Shown here: piece after piece, positions 27,220-41,107 of the stretch | Layout: each line of letters opens with the position of its first letter | How positions within the stretch are numbered: position 1 is the first letter of the stretch | Source of the DNA: Octopus vulgaris | Lineage: Eukaryota | Length of the DNA: 64,000 nucleotides | NCBI GenBank assembly: GCA_951406725.2 | Contig: OX597825.1 | Span: forward strand, 71,920,001 to 71,984,000 | Reading direction: 5' to 3' | Made by a program: the position numbers and the translations under genes | The notes under the pieces: generated by a model | What the model saw: the letters and a program-made list of their open reading frames with translations, nothing else | What the model was told of the DNA's origin: nothing | Databases searched by the model: none

Positions 27220-27354
27220 ATAAAAGTATGTATGTATGTATGTATGTATGTGCGGGTAGCGAGTGTAAAAGTAAGAAAAACCGAGGCAGCAGAAGATATT
27301 TGCGTAGGTTTCTAGAAGATTCACAATAGAATTACCTACACACATGCTCACCCT

Positions 27355-27396
<42 letters not shown>

Positions 27397-27412
27397 CACA
27401 CACACACACACA

Positions 27413-27465
<53 letters not shown>

Positions 27466-27990
27466 GTAGCTGCATAAAGTGTCTCTTCGAATTATTGTTT
27501 ACTTTTTTTTTGTATATTTCAGTAATTCGGAGCTTTTAAATTCTTCCATAGAAATATATTAAATGACACAGCTCCTTTTGAATTTAAGTATTTATATAGT
27601 GTATTCTGATCAATATTATAACTTAAGGATAAATAACATTCCCATGTATGTGTATATGTATACGTATACCCCAACACTCACATATATGAGGTAAGTTTAT
27701 CCACATATCTTAGATAAATGTATGCATGTGTGTGTGTATGTTTGTATGTGTGCGCGCGCACATATGCACACACACACACACACATATGCACGCACACACA
27801 AATACATCTCTTACATGATTGCAGTTCTTTGTTATTTCTTCCTCTTCTATTAAGTAGGTGTCATTCACTTTGTATGTGCCACGTTTCGTGCTTATTTGAA
27901 TTTGACTTCCCAAAGATAATTTTTTTTAGTCTATTCTATGTTAGACACCTCCAGACACATATGCATATCTATACATATATACATACATAC

Positions 27991-28051
<61 letters not shown>

Positions 28052-28296
28052 CCTTCGAAACACGCATTGAGTCGAAACAGGGGCAGCTGAAGAAGGGGAA
28101 TATTGTTTGTCTTGTACTCTGTTTTTTCGTTGTTAAAAAAAGTCCGTTTCCTTGTTTGATTTTATGTTTTCGTTTCTCGTTGAGTTCTACGTTTATTGTG
28201 GTGTCCTGTACTCATATATGCATGTATATATACATATATATGTAGGTATGTACATATATGTATGTATATATGCATATGTTTTATTTATTAAATTGT

Positions 28297-28371
<75 letters not shown>

Positions 28372-28472
28372 GTTAATCCAAACATGAAAACACAAAGAGA
28401 AAACAAAACAACGCGAGGACGTGGAACAAGTATAGTGTTATTGGACGCTCAGGAAAGGAAAGAAAGAAGGAG

Positions 28473-28509
28473 TATTTAACGTTTCGAGCGAAGCTCTTCG
28501 TCAGAAACA
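28473..28509 (-). ncRNA. Minimal hammerhead-like motif with intact core, inside a ~205-bp element (28372-28580)
   Basis: Reverse complement reads TGTTT-CTGACGA-A-GAGC ttc GCTC-GAAA-C-GTT-AAATA. Confidence 0.6.
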
Positions 28510-28606
28510 TAGGAAAAGGGAAGATCCAAGGAAAGGAGAACGGAGGAAAAAATTGCCATCGATACACACGCGGTCACACACACACGCACACATACATATA
28601 TATATG

Positions 28607-28760
28607 TGTCTGTGTGGTAAGAAGCTTGCTTTCCAACCACATGGATCCAGGTTCAGTACCACTGCGTGGCACCTTGAACGGGTGCCTTCTAGTATAGCCT
28701 CGGGCCGACCACAGCCTTGTGAGTGGATTTGGTAGACGGAAACTGAAAAGAAGCCCGTAG

Positions 28761-28793
<33 letters not shown>

Positions 28794-29055
28794 TTATATA
28801 TGTGTGTATATATTTATGTGTGCGTGTCTTCGCATCTTTGTTCCCCTCCCCACTACCACCATCACTTGACAACCGATGCTGGTGTGTTTATGTTCCCATA
28901 ACTTAGCGGTTCGGCAAAGGAGACCGACAGAACAAGTATTAGGCTTACAAAGAATAAGTCCTGGGGTCGATTCCTTCGACTAAATCCCTTTAAGGTGATG
29001 CTCCGGCATGGCCGCTGTCAAATGGCTGAAACAAGAGAACAAAGAAATAAAAGAA
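28607..29055 (+). mobile_element. SINE family 1 (subfamily variant)
   Basis: CTGTGTGGTAAGAAGCTTGCTTTCCAACCACATGG...TGGCTGAAACAAG. Confidence 0.85.
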
Positions 29056-29061
29056 TATACA

Positions 29062-29107
<46 letters not shown>

Positions 29108-29323
29108 ATACAATAGTTTTACCTGTACAAGGTGCATTCCAGAAGCCTTGGGTCTCTTTCAGGAGAAACGTTTATTAATTCCGGAAAAAAATTCTCTTTC
29201 CTTTCGAAGTGGAATCCTCTATGCTTGTTTATAATTGTATTTATAATTTTCACCTTAAACGGTAATTTTCATATGCTTGCCACTGACGAAATTTTTTAAT
29301 AAAACTTTATCATTTCATTAGAA

Positions 29324-29381
<58 letters not shown>

Positions 29382-29504
29382 TATGTATATATATATATAG
29401 CTGTGTGAAAAAGTGTTGCACCCTACCAGTAAAAGAGACCCGTGGAAAATTTTCAAAAATTTTCGAGAAAGTTTTGATGAAAATTTTCAAAAAAGTTGAG
29501 GTGA

Positions 29505-30372
29505 GGTAATCCCCTCCTATTCTTTCTCGAGCCAACATAATCTATGCGTGCATCGCAAATTGTGTTGAAGTCACCTAGCAATACTAACGTGTTCGACGTG
29601 CCGAGAAAATTCTCTAGGCTTTTGAAGTAATCTTTCTGCCCGGCTTTTCCTTCTAAGTAACTCGACAGGAGAACTACTTCTTCCGACTTCAATGTCATTG
29701 TTGAATGTTCCTTGGCTTTTTCTTCGCTAGGGAAACGCACCTCTACAGTGCCGAAGCGACTACCTCTCGTTATATAGCTTGTTTGTTGCCATATCGGCCT
29801 CAAGCATTTTTCTATTGCTTCCCTCGGCACGAAGTCAATTTATTTTTATTTTTTACGTGGTATGTTTTATAATATCACTGTTTTTCTCTCCGTCGCGTTA
29901 ATTAATTCACTGGGAGGGAGCAACTTCACATTATCACCTTCATTTTTGAGTAGTCCTTGAAATTTCTTTAAATCTTCCTTGTTTGTAACGATGTTTTCAC
30001 AGGGGCGAGTTGCTGCACTCTCAAAATTAATATTTTATTTTTCCTCTTGTTTAGTAGCCTCGCTAGACATTTTGTCGTCTGCGTTTGTAACGAGCGCGTG
30101 CGACGCCTCTATGCCTTTACCTTTCTCCTCCCTCATTTTCGTCTCTATGCCTTGAAACAAAATTCCAAAGTTTTCCTCGGACTCGGAAGAAATTGGTGGA
30201 AAATTCATGTTTCTCGCCGCTTCCCCATTGAAACAAGGGGGAAACAAAAGCAAAACTCTGCTGCAACAGCAGAAAAGAAGTGGTCTCGACGACCAAAAAC
30301 AGCAAATTTTCACAATTTTCAGCACAAAAATAATCTTTCACTGCGGTGCAAAGAAAAACTCGACCGATCAGT
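29505..30372 (-). mobile_element. Tx1-like LINE 5' part: ORF1 remnant joined to an APE endonuclease fragment
   Basis: ORF 29453-29830 has ORF1-like YITRGSRFGTVEVRF, then LVLLGDFN (APE motif); ORF 30035-30325 is the likely ORF1 start; 5' end abuts (TC)n. Confidence 0.7.
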
Positions 30373-30395
30373 GGAGAGAGAGAGAGAGAGAGAAG

Positions 30396-30427
<32 letters not shown>

Positions 30428-30524
30428 TGAGAAAGAGAGAGAGTGAGAAAGAGAGAGAGTGAGAAAGAGAGAGAGAGAGAGTCTCAGTACCCCAATAGTA
30501 CTCATTACTACTAACTGGGCTAGA

Positions 30525-30642
30525 ACTATGTGAAACGAAGTGTCTTGCTCAAGAACACCACGCAGAGCATAGTCTACAGATGCGAACCCATGATGTTATG
30601 ATCGTGAGCCTAATACGCTATCCACTAGACCATGCGCTTTCA
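30525..30642 (-). mobile_element. SINE family 3 5' fragment, diverged
   Basis: AAGTGTCTTGCTCAAGAACAC...CCACTAGACCATGCGC is the reverse complement of the CORE-like domain and tRNA head. Confidence 0.6.
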
Positions 30643-30939
30643 CTAGTCTAAGACTATGTTATCAAAACGTGTTTTATCTTAATATGAGACGGAATGAGGT
30701 AACTTGAGGAGAATTGAACTCTCAAGTCTCGCCGACAAAATGACCTTCATTGGTTCGTGAGCTTACTTTTTGGCTATGTGATTGATACATTTTATTCGCA
30801 AAGTCGTCTCCGTATTCCGGCAAAAACCCTTCAAACACTCTGGTGTCACGACAAAGCATAAGCACACGCCCGCAATTACACACGCACGCGCACAGCACAC
30901 ACACGCACAATACGCACGGCACACATATACGCACATATA

Positions 30940-30969
<30 letters not shown>

Positions 30970-30970
<1 letters not shown>

Positions 30971-31450
30971 GGAGTCAGATGTGCACTCATAGAAGCATAC
31001 GGAGGCATACGTGAAATGTACACTCGTACAACTAGACGCATGAGGACACATACATATTAGACGTATACACACACGCGCACACAAACACACACACACACAC
31101 ACACACACACGATACACATATATGCACATACACACGCACACACACACGTAGTCAGATGTGCACTCATAGAAGCAGACATACGTGAAATGTACACTCGTAC
31201 AACTAGACGTATGAGGACACATACATATTAGACATATACACACACATACACGCGCACACAAACACACATGCACACACATGACACACATATACGCACATAT
31301 AAACACATGCACATACACACACGGAATCAGATATGCTCTCATAGAAGCAGACGTACGCAAACACGTAAAATGTACGCTCATACAACTAGACGTATAAAGA
31401 CATACATTTTAGACATAAACACACACACACACACACAGACAAACACACAC
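30970..31450 (+). repeat. Minisatellite, 3 copies of ~176 bp
   Basis: TCAGAT.TGC.CTCATAGAAGCA...TACAACTAGACG recurs near 30974, 31151 and 31326. Confidence 0.85.
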
Positions 31451-31732
31451 AAATATTGTTATAGAGAAACAGGGTGCAGACACATACGTACAAGTACGTC
31501 CGGTTGGTCTGCCGGCAGCCCTCCACTAAACATGCTTCCTCGCTTTAGTATATCCGAATTAAACAATTGCTGTCTTATGGCTTCTCAGCGGGTAGAGTGG
31601 ATCATTCGTGTTCGGTTTTTGTTGTTATTCTTGTTATTACTGACGTTTTACTTGCTGTTGTTGATGGTGGTGGTGGTGTTGGTGATGTTGGTAGTGTTGG
31701 TGGTGAGCTGGCTAAGGCGGTGAACTGGTTAA

Positions 31733-31960
31733 GGCGGTGAGCTGGCAGAAACGTTAGCGCGCCGGGAGAAATGCTTAGTGGTATTTTGTCTGCCGTTACG
31801 TTGTGAGTTCAAATTCCGCCGAGGTCGACTTTGCCTGTCATCCTTTCGGGGTCGATAAATTAAGTACCAGTTACGCACTGGGGTCGATGTAATCGACTTA
31901 ATACCTATGTCTGTCCTTGTTTGTCCCCTCTATGTTTAGCCCCTTGTGGGTAATAAAAAA
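31733..31960 (+). mobile_element. SINE family 2, full length
   Basis: GGCGGTGAGCTGGCAGAAACGTTAG...GCCCCTTGTGGGTAATAAAAA. Confidence 0.9.
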
Positions 31961-32066
31961 AAAAGGTAGTGACTGTGGTGTTGGCGATAGTAAAGGTAAC
32001 GGTGTAGTAGTGAGTAGTGATTGAGGCGGTGGTATCGGTGGAGGCGGCAACGGTGGTGGTGATGAT

Positions 32067-32293
32067 GCGAGCTGGCAGAATCGTTAGCACGCCGGGCGAA
32101 ATGCGTAGCCGTATTTCATCTGTCGCTACGTTCTGAGTTCAAATTCCGCCGAGGTCGACTTTGCCTCTCATCCTTTCGGGGTCGATAAATTAAGTACCAG
32201 TTACGCACTGGGGTCGATATAATCGACTTAATCCGTTTGTCTGTCCTTGTTTGTCCCCTCTGTGTTTAGTCCCTTGTGGGCAGTAAAGAAATA
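32067..32293 (+). mobile_element. SINE family 2, full length
   Basis: GCGAGCTGGCAGAATCGTTAG...CCCTTGTGGGCAGTAAAGAAATA. Confidence 0.9.
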
Positions 32294-32687
32294 GGTGGCG
32301 GTGATGATGATAACGGTGGAGATGATGGAAGTGGTGGTGGTGGTGGTGATGATGATGATAATGGTGGAGATGATGGTAGTGGTGGTGGTGGTGTCGGTAG
32401 CGATTGTGGTGTTGGCGATAGTAAAGGTAACTGTATAGTAGTGATTGAGGCGGTGGTATCGGCGGAGGCGGCAACGGTGGTGGTGATGATGATAATGGTG
32501 GAGATGATGGTAGTGGTGGTGGTGATGGTGGTGGTGGTGGTGTGGTTAAAATAGTGGTGGAAATGGTAGCGATGGTGATTGTGGTGGTGACTGTTTATGT
32601 GATGGTGGACAGTGGTGTATTGATGGGTTGTGGTGGTAGCAGTGCTGGTGAATGAGGTTACGGTAATGTTGCGCAGTGGTAGTGCAA

Positions 32688-33320
32688 GGCTGCAATCAGA
32701 GAACCACTGCTTTCAAAAACAAAAGCAAAGCTTTTAGAGTAGCGTAAAAACCTACAGAATTGGTCTCCAGGGCAGTGGAAGAATGTTATTTTTTCGGACG
32801 AGTCATCCTTTACCTTATTTCCGACCACCGACCGAGTATACGTGTGGAGACAGCCAAAAGAGGCATTTGACCCAGACTGACTTCTTCCAACTGTTAAACA
32901 TGGAGAAGGATATGTGATGATCTGGGGGAGGGGTTATATCTTGGAAATCTGCCGACCCAATGGTTTCCCTTAATAGTAGAATTAATAGTCAAGACTATTT
33001 AAGCATTTTATTTGATCAAATTCATCCTATGTTTGCAGAATTGTTTCCGAAGGGAAGCGCAATCTTTCAGAATGATAATGCACCTATTCGCACAGCTAAA
33101 GTTGTTACTGAATGGTGCGAGAAACATTCTAGTGAAGTTGAACATCTTATCTGGCAATCTCCAGGTCTCAATATTATTGATCATTTATGATGCATTTTAG
33201 AAAAATAAATAAAGAGTCTATATCATCCACCATCATCGCTACAAGAACTGGAGATTGTTTAAGCTGAAGAATGGACAGAAATTCCTTTGGAAACAATTCA
33301 AACTTTGTATGAGTCCATAG
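32688..33320 (+). mobile_element. Tc1-like transposase pseudogene fragment, same family as 5710-6523
   Basis: WKNVIFSDESSF, VKHGEGYVMIWG, IFQNDNAPIRTAK; aligns to 5939-6430. Confidence 0.9.
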
Positions 33321-33800
33321 TATGGAAACAATTCTTTTGGTGGATTAACATTAATAATAATTAACATTAACAAGCAGAAGGCTTGACATTTTGGGGGAGG
33401 GAACTAGTCGATTACATCGACCCCAGTATTTCTCTGGTACTTAATTCAGCGGCCTTGAAAGAGAGAAAGGCAGCAGCGGAATTTGAACTCAGGACGCAGC
33501 GACGGGCTTATGATTCCGCCAGCTGGCCACCCACATTGATGATAATGTTTTCAAATTTTGGTACGAGGCCAGCAGTTTTGGGGAGGGTGTATGTAAGTCG
33601 ATTACGTCGACCTCAATACTTAAATGGTACTTATTTTATCGACCCTGAAATGATGAACGGCATACCATGGAGACAATATAATGCTAATACCTACATATTC
33701 TTCTCTCTCTCCCGTTCTCACTCTCTACCCTGCTCCTTTTATCTGTCTCTATGTATATATCATATCTCTTTCTATCTCTCTGTCTCTGTCACTGTCTTTC

Positions 33801-33860
<60 letters not shown>

Positions 33861-33960
33861 GGTAAGTAGGTATATATCGGTCTTTCAAAATGTGACCGCG
33901 TGTGTACCGTTGGCGATTTTTTTCCCTCTGTCTTCTCTTCCCTGGATCTTTGCTTCTCCT

Positions 33961-33995
33961 GTTTCCGACGAAGATCTCCGCTCGAAACGTTAAAC
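33961..33995 (+). ncRNA. Mutated minimal hammerhead-like motif (core CCGACGA) in a ~205-bp element (33891-34095)
   Basis: GTTT-CCGACGA-A-GATC tcc GCTC-GAAA-C-GTT-AAAC; host element is homologous to 28372-28580. Confidence 0.45.
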
Positions 33996-34091
33996 CCTAC
34001 TTCTTTCCTTCTCTTCTGAGCGTCCAATAATACTATATTTGTTCCACGTCCTCACGTTGTTGTGTTTTTTTGTGCTTTCTTGTTTGGCTTA

Positions 34092-34148
<57 letters not shown>

Positions 34149-34309
34149 GTATTAAGTATGTATATATATGTATATATATATACATTTGTATATGTATGTA
34201 TGTATATATATATATACATTTGTATATGTATGTATGTATATGTTTATACATGTATGTATGTATATGTTTATATATGTATAACATATAATGTTATATCTAA
34301 TATTTTATG

Positions 34310-34372
<63 letters not shown>

Positions 34373-35203
34373 TTATATATATATATATGAATTTGAGTAT
34401 ATGTGTGTGTGTGTTTTATACTATAAGAGCTTCACCACGTTATATTGAACAGTGCATCAACACCCCTTCCTCCACAACGAACCGAGTCTTCCGTCCGTAC
34501 AACAAGAGTACAAGAGAGCAATGATGACAGTCATATGGGAAGCAGACAATGATATTACATATTACATTGGAGAGAAGACAATTTCAACTATTTAAGCCAG
34601 TCCAAGAATTTGAGAGAATAAATAAATTAAATAAGTAAATAAAATAAAAGAAACAAACTAGCAAATGTATAAGCAGGCAAATATAAAAACACAAAAAACA
34701 AGTAAACATATAAACAGCGAACGGAAAAAAATCAAATAAGCAAATGATGATTACGAGAATAAAGTGCCTAGAACCAGAAATATTGACAATAAACTCAATC
34801 CTGTCAGCTGCTCACTTACGGTAGCACTTTTGCACTTAATTTATTGCGCCCCTTCCCATCAACGTTTCGTGCATTTCTACTTCGGCATATTTTGTCGTTT
34901 AAATTTAAGATTACGTATATATATGCATGTATATGTCTACGTATGTGTATATATGCGAGTATATGGGTGTGTGCGCATGTTAGTGTATGTGTGCGTAAAT
35001 GTGTTCATATATGTGTACATACACATACATGCACATATATGTATACACACACATATATATATGTATGTATGTATGTGTATATATATATATATATATATAC
35101 GTGTCGGTATATATATATACGTGTTTGTGTATATATATATTTATATATACACGCATACATACAAGTATATATATATAGATATATATGTATATATATATGT
35201 ATG

Positions 35204-35254
<51 letters not shown>

Positions 35255-35727
35255 CCACACACACATGTATATATGATCATATGCAAATGGTTAATGTTTT
35301 CGAAGCAAAACGCATATTTTCATTTGCAGGCATCTTGTTTATGGGCATATATATATGTGTGTGTCTGTGTGTGTGTATGTATATATATACACACATGCGT
35401 ACATGCACACACACACAGATATATATGTGATACCCATAATATATACGTGTATATGTATACGTATACATATGCACACCCATATATATGATAAAAATATATA
35501 CATACACACACATACATGCACACACACATGCACACACACATACTCACACACGCACACACATGCATATACATAGATTTTGGCATATGTATGCATAGATTTA
35601 TACAAATTAATAATGAATGAACAGCAGTTGTATTTTAAATAAATTAACGCAATCAGAATTTTGAATTTATTTCTTAACAGCATTTTTATAAATTCATGTT
35701 ACAAAAAATACAAGGACACACGCATAT

Positions 35728-35777
<50 letters not shown>

Positions 35778-35957
35778 GCATATATATATATAGTATATAT
35801 GTATATAGTAATGTATATCAATATATATTTATATATATATGTGTGTGTGTATGTATTTGTTTCCTAAATTTGCAAAAAATATTAAATTCATATAGTTTTT
35901 CTGATTAAGCACCAACATTAAGAGTATCAACATCATCATCATCAGTACCACCACCAA

Positions 35958-35998
<41 letters not shown>

Positions 35999-36134
35999 CC
36001 ATCATCATCATCAACAACAACAAAACAATAATGTGTAGAAAATGGATGGAAGAATTCTGATTCATAATATCCCAGGGCAAAATATTTTTCTTCTTTTTTT
36101 TTTTCATTTTTTCCGAAGGAAAACAAAGAAATTC

Positions 36135-36168
<34 letters not shown>

Positions 36169-36431
36169 AGAAATATGTCGAAGAAACTATGAAGACGATG
36201 GCAAGAAGATGATGACGACGACGACGGAGAAGAAAGTGAAGATGATGGTGATGATGTTAATAATATCAATGATGATAATGATGAAGATGATAACGATGAA
36301 GATGATAATGATTATGGTGATGAGAAGGAGGAGGAGGAGGAGATAAGAAGATGTTGAAGGTGGAGTAGAATGGCAAACCAGATGGCGAAAAGTGTGTGAA
36401 GAGGTACCAGTAGTAGCGGCAGTAGCATTAT

Positions 36432-36490
<59 letters not shown>

Positions 36491-37336
36491 TTATCATTAT
36501 TATTATTAGTAGTAGTAGTAGTAGTAGGAGGAGGAGGAGGAGAAGAAAAAGAGAAAGTGAAAATGTTGATGATTATGATGATGATGATGGTGACGGGTGG
36601 GGTGAAGAAAAAAGTAATAATAAGGAAATAATAAGGAAAGAAGAAGAAGAAGAAGAAGAAGAAGAAGAAGAAGAAGAAGAAGAAGAAGAAGAAGAAGAAG
36701 AAGAAGAAGAAAACAGCAGCCACAACAAGATCAAGAACCAGAAGAAGCAGAAATAGAGAGGAGAAGGTACAAGAAGAATTAAAAGGGAGGAGAAAGTGGG
36801 AGCGGCGGTTATGTGGAGGGAAAGAAACTGGATGCTACAGGGTTCAGCGGTGGGGGTAGATGGTTGTGGGTGCAAAAAAGGAAAAAAAAAAAAAAAAAAT
36901 TCAGCAAGTTATTTGTCAATTAAGTGCCACTTTAGATTTTCTCTAAAGAGCCATAATCAAATAGGGTTGAGGGGCCGAAAACACATGCAAGGATTCTTCA
37001 GTAGGCCGCTGATATCATTTTCATTTCTTACATAGCAATATTTCCTACCGCCTCCTCCTCCACCCCCCACCCCCCCCACCACCAATACCACCACCACCAC
37101 CACCACAACCACCACCACCACCACCACCAATACCACCACCACCACCACAACCACCACCACCACCAATACCACCACCACCACCATCACCACCACCACCACC
37201 ACCACCACCAATACCACAACCACCACCATCACCACAATCACCACCACCACCACCACCACCACCACCATAACCGCCACCACTACTACCACCGTCCTCCACT
37301 TCATTTATACCTCATCTCCACTAGTCCCGCTACTCT

Positions 37337-37368
<32 letters not shown>

Positions 37369-37610
37369 CTTGCCTATTTCTGTATGTATCTATTTCTATC
37401 GCTTATAGTCCATTCACACCCCTCCCTCAATTTCCTACGTTTTCTACCACCCGGTTTCTCTCCCACCCCAAGCCCATTGCTTTCTTGTAATATTATCACT
37501 TCCAGTTCTCCCATCATGGATGCACTACTATAGACACAACTGCCGTTGTTTTGGTGGTTCTTCTCGATATACACATGTATATGCATTATAATATAGTATA
37601 TAATATGTGT

Positions 37611-37889
37611 GTGGAGGCGCAATGGCCCAGTGGTTAGGGCAGCGGACTCGCGGTCGGAGGATCGCGGTTTCGATTCCCAGACCGGGCGTTGTGTGTGTTT
37701 ATTGAGTGAATATACCTAAAAGCTCCACCAGGCTACGGCAGGGGGTGGTGGCGACTTTTGTTGTACTCCTTCGCCACAACTTTCTCTCACTCTCTCTTCC
37801 TGTTTCCTGAGTAACGCTTCTATGGACTGGCGTCCCGTCCAGCTGGGTGGGGGGCATATACGCCACAGAAACTGGAAACCGGGCCCATA
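37611..37889 (+). mobile_element. tRNA-derived SINE family 4 (OR-like)
   Basis: A box TGGCCCAGTGG, B box GTTTCGATTCC; V-like 3' domain ATGGACTGGCGTCCCGTCCAG; related to the 58.4-59.4 kb array. Confidence 0.85.
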
Positions 37890-37917
37890 TATAGTATGTG
37901 TGCTTGTGTGAGAGAGC

Positions 37918-37954
<37 letters not shown>

Positions 37955-37955
<1 letters not shown>

Positions 37956-38119
37956 GCGTAGACGTGGCTCTGTAGTAAGAAGCTTGCTTACACACCATAT
38001 GGTTCCGGGTTCAGTCCTACTGCGTTGCACCTTGGGCAAGTGTCTTCCACTATAACCTCTGAACGACCAAAGCCTTGTGAGTGGATTTGGTAGACGGAAA
38101 CTGAAAGTATCCCGTCGTA
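37955..38119 (+). mobile_element. SINE family 1, 5' half
   Basis: GGCGTAGACGTGGCTCTGTAGTAAG...GGAAACTGAAAG. Confidence 0.85.
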
Positions 38120-38252
38120 TATACATATGATTTTTTTGCGGAGCGTGAAAGTGGTAACAAGAACAGGACAGTGAGAACAAGACAGTAAAAACAAACTGTG
38201 AGGGTTGTTGAGCCAAGACGATAGAAAAATTATTATGAACGTTCTCTCTCTG

Positions 38253-38328
<76 letters not shown>

Positions 38329-38412
38329 TCTCTGTCTCTCTCTCTCTCTTAAAAACATATATATATATATATATTATTTTGCATGATGTATGTATATATA
38401 TGTATATATATG

Positions 38413-38471
<59 letters not shown>

Positions 38472-38477
38472 TTCATA

Positions 38478-38520
<43 letters not shown>

Positions 38521-38746
38521 CACGTAATAGATCTCATTCGTATTTTGGATATATATGTCTGGCATAGTTTGTCCGATGTTACAGATATATATATATATAT
38601 ATAAATATATATATATGTCCTCGGGTATCGTATATATGTGATATATATTATTTTCTGAGTATACATTGTCTGGATATATATATTTCGGATATGTATATAT
38701 ATATACACACATATACATACCTAGATACATATACATATCTATATCT

Positions 38747-38840
<94 letters not shown>

Positions 38841-38989
38841 TATATATATGCATACATACTTATATATTTATGTATGTATATGTACATACATATATATGTA
38901 TGTGTGTATGTATTAATGTGTATATGCTTTTCGTCTTGCAGGCTTTGCCGGTTTAATCGCCGATGGCCCAGCCATGCGACTACTGCTCT

Positions 38990-40700
38990 AAAAGATTGAA
39001 GGACATTTTCGATGAGTTGGTAAATGCAGAATCTCAAGTAGACGCAAACTGCATTAAAAAATATTCAGCAAGGACCAACCATTTCATCTCTTAATGATAC
39101 ACAGGCCAAAAAGGAAGTACAAATGGGCATTATGAAACTTATTCGTGGAAAAACAACCGGAAGAGAAAGACTTTTTGCAGATATCTTTCAATTTGGTGGT
39201 GAAATATTAGCAAAGAATTAGCATGGCCTAATTTCCATATCTAATGGGCCAGTGAAGTAGCAAAGGACAGGAAATGCACCATAATATCATTATATTAAAA
39301 CAAATGTTTACGAGAAGATTGCAGAAATTATAGAGGAATTATAGAGGAATAGTATCGCTCTGTGCTCATAGAAAGATTCTGGAATCGATCCATCAAGATG
39401 GAACACAATACAGCAATCAATTGTTTTGCCATTTTCATAATCTGGTTTCAGATTACAGCGAGGCACAGTTGACATGATTATTTTTGGTTCGTCGTATCCA
39501 AGAAATGTTACAAACAACGCAAAGCTTCTTCCAAGTTTTTGTGGACATAACAAAGGCTTTTGATGCAGTCAAGAGAAAAGATTCTGATATAGCTCGGTTA
39601 TCCAGATCACTTTGTTGACATAAAATCTTTTCATGATTTCATGATGATATGGAAACTTGGGAACATGCTGGTGGTAACCTCACAAAACCAGCTAAGATCA
39701 AGAATGGTTTTAAACAGTGATTTCATGGCATCTGTGAGTACTCTTTTCTATATCTTCTCTGTAATGCTAATTGATACATTCAGGGACTATAACGGAAGCA
39801 TATTCATTAGATATAGACCTCTGGAAAATTATTCAATATACGACGATATATATAAGGACTATACTCGATATTTTATATACTAACGATGGTGATATTGTAG
39901 CAAAATTCACTCACATGGCTGCAAATATATAAATTGACTCTCACAATCTTCTAAGGCGTGCAGATTAGCCATTAACCTCGACGAAACGGTCAGAATGTTT
40001 CAACCGGCTTCCGGATTACCATTTAAGTGGAACCAGCAATTTATGTCGATTGACAACCCCAAAGTTGTCGATAAATTTTCATTCCTAGGAAGTATGATCA
40101 ACCAGCATTGTTCACTTGATGATGAAATAGCTTCACGCATCGGAAAGGCAACTAATACTTTTTTCAGTTTCAAAGTACATGTTTGGTATCAGAAATGAAA
40201 CAAAAATTAAAAATTACAGTATACAATACTACTTCATTCTTAGGAAATTTTGTGTTATCTACCGCAGACGCCTGAAAATCCTTGAGCGTTTCCAATAACA
40301 TTGCCTTTTTAATATTTTAGATGTTCACTGTAGACCACATACAGCTGATTCTAAAATACTCCGAATTGAATCTCACATCCATAAACACAGATTCTGCTGG
40401 ATAGGCCATCTCATTCGACCAGATGATAGCAGAGTCCCATAACAAGTACATTATGGTGAACTGACATCTGATACGAAACTACAGCATAAGCTAAAATTGC
40501 GTTTCAAGGACTCTGTGGAAGATTCTCTGGCTCGATGCAAGATTTAAACAACTGACTGGATATCTTTGGTACAAGAGAGGCGTCTGGAAATTTCAGGAAT
40601 CTACATTAGAATTTTTTTAATATAAAGTGGACAGGAAAAGAGAACCTGTAAGTGTAATAGTCCCGTGTGTTTAATGTGATGAATGTTGATGAGTATGACT
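38990..40700 (+). mobile_element. Old RTE (BovB-like) LINE reverse-transcriptase pseudogene
   Basis: Motifs SGFRLQRGTVDMI, FVDITKAFDAV, VDKFSFLGS..LDDEIASRIGKA, LKILERF, WIGHLIRPDDSRVP, YGEL..KLRFKD, with many stops and frameshifts. Confidence 0.85.
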
Positions 40701-41074
40701 TTTCAGAGCTAGTCTTACGAGTCACCCACCCAAACACGATGAAAAAAGTCTTCGAATTGAAATCGACCAATTCCAAGCAGCTAATCTGTTATGAAATCTA
40801 TGTGCTAGGGAATTAATTTTCCAGCCGATCTCAACTCACAAGAATCGTGAAAGTACATAATTAAGGTGATGTACCGAATGAGAACTCAACTGCAGCACAT
40901 GAAAATGATGCCGCATCTGCAATAAAACAAAGAAAGAGCGAGTCACTTGCTGGCTTTAAAAGCTATTGAAAGTCCCATGGTCACTGAAAAAAGAATAAAA
41001 AATGAAAGTAATTTGTCAGCAACGGTCATACATATCTAGTTAGTCGACAGACATCATGGTTATCAATATGTATA

Positions 41075-41107
<33 letters not shown>

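Noticed and set aside
37611-37690. Possible tRNA genes here, at ~3796 and at ~59290-59359
   Set aside because: A and B boxes are present, but I see no complete acceptor stem and each continues into a SINE body
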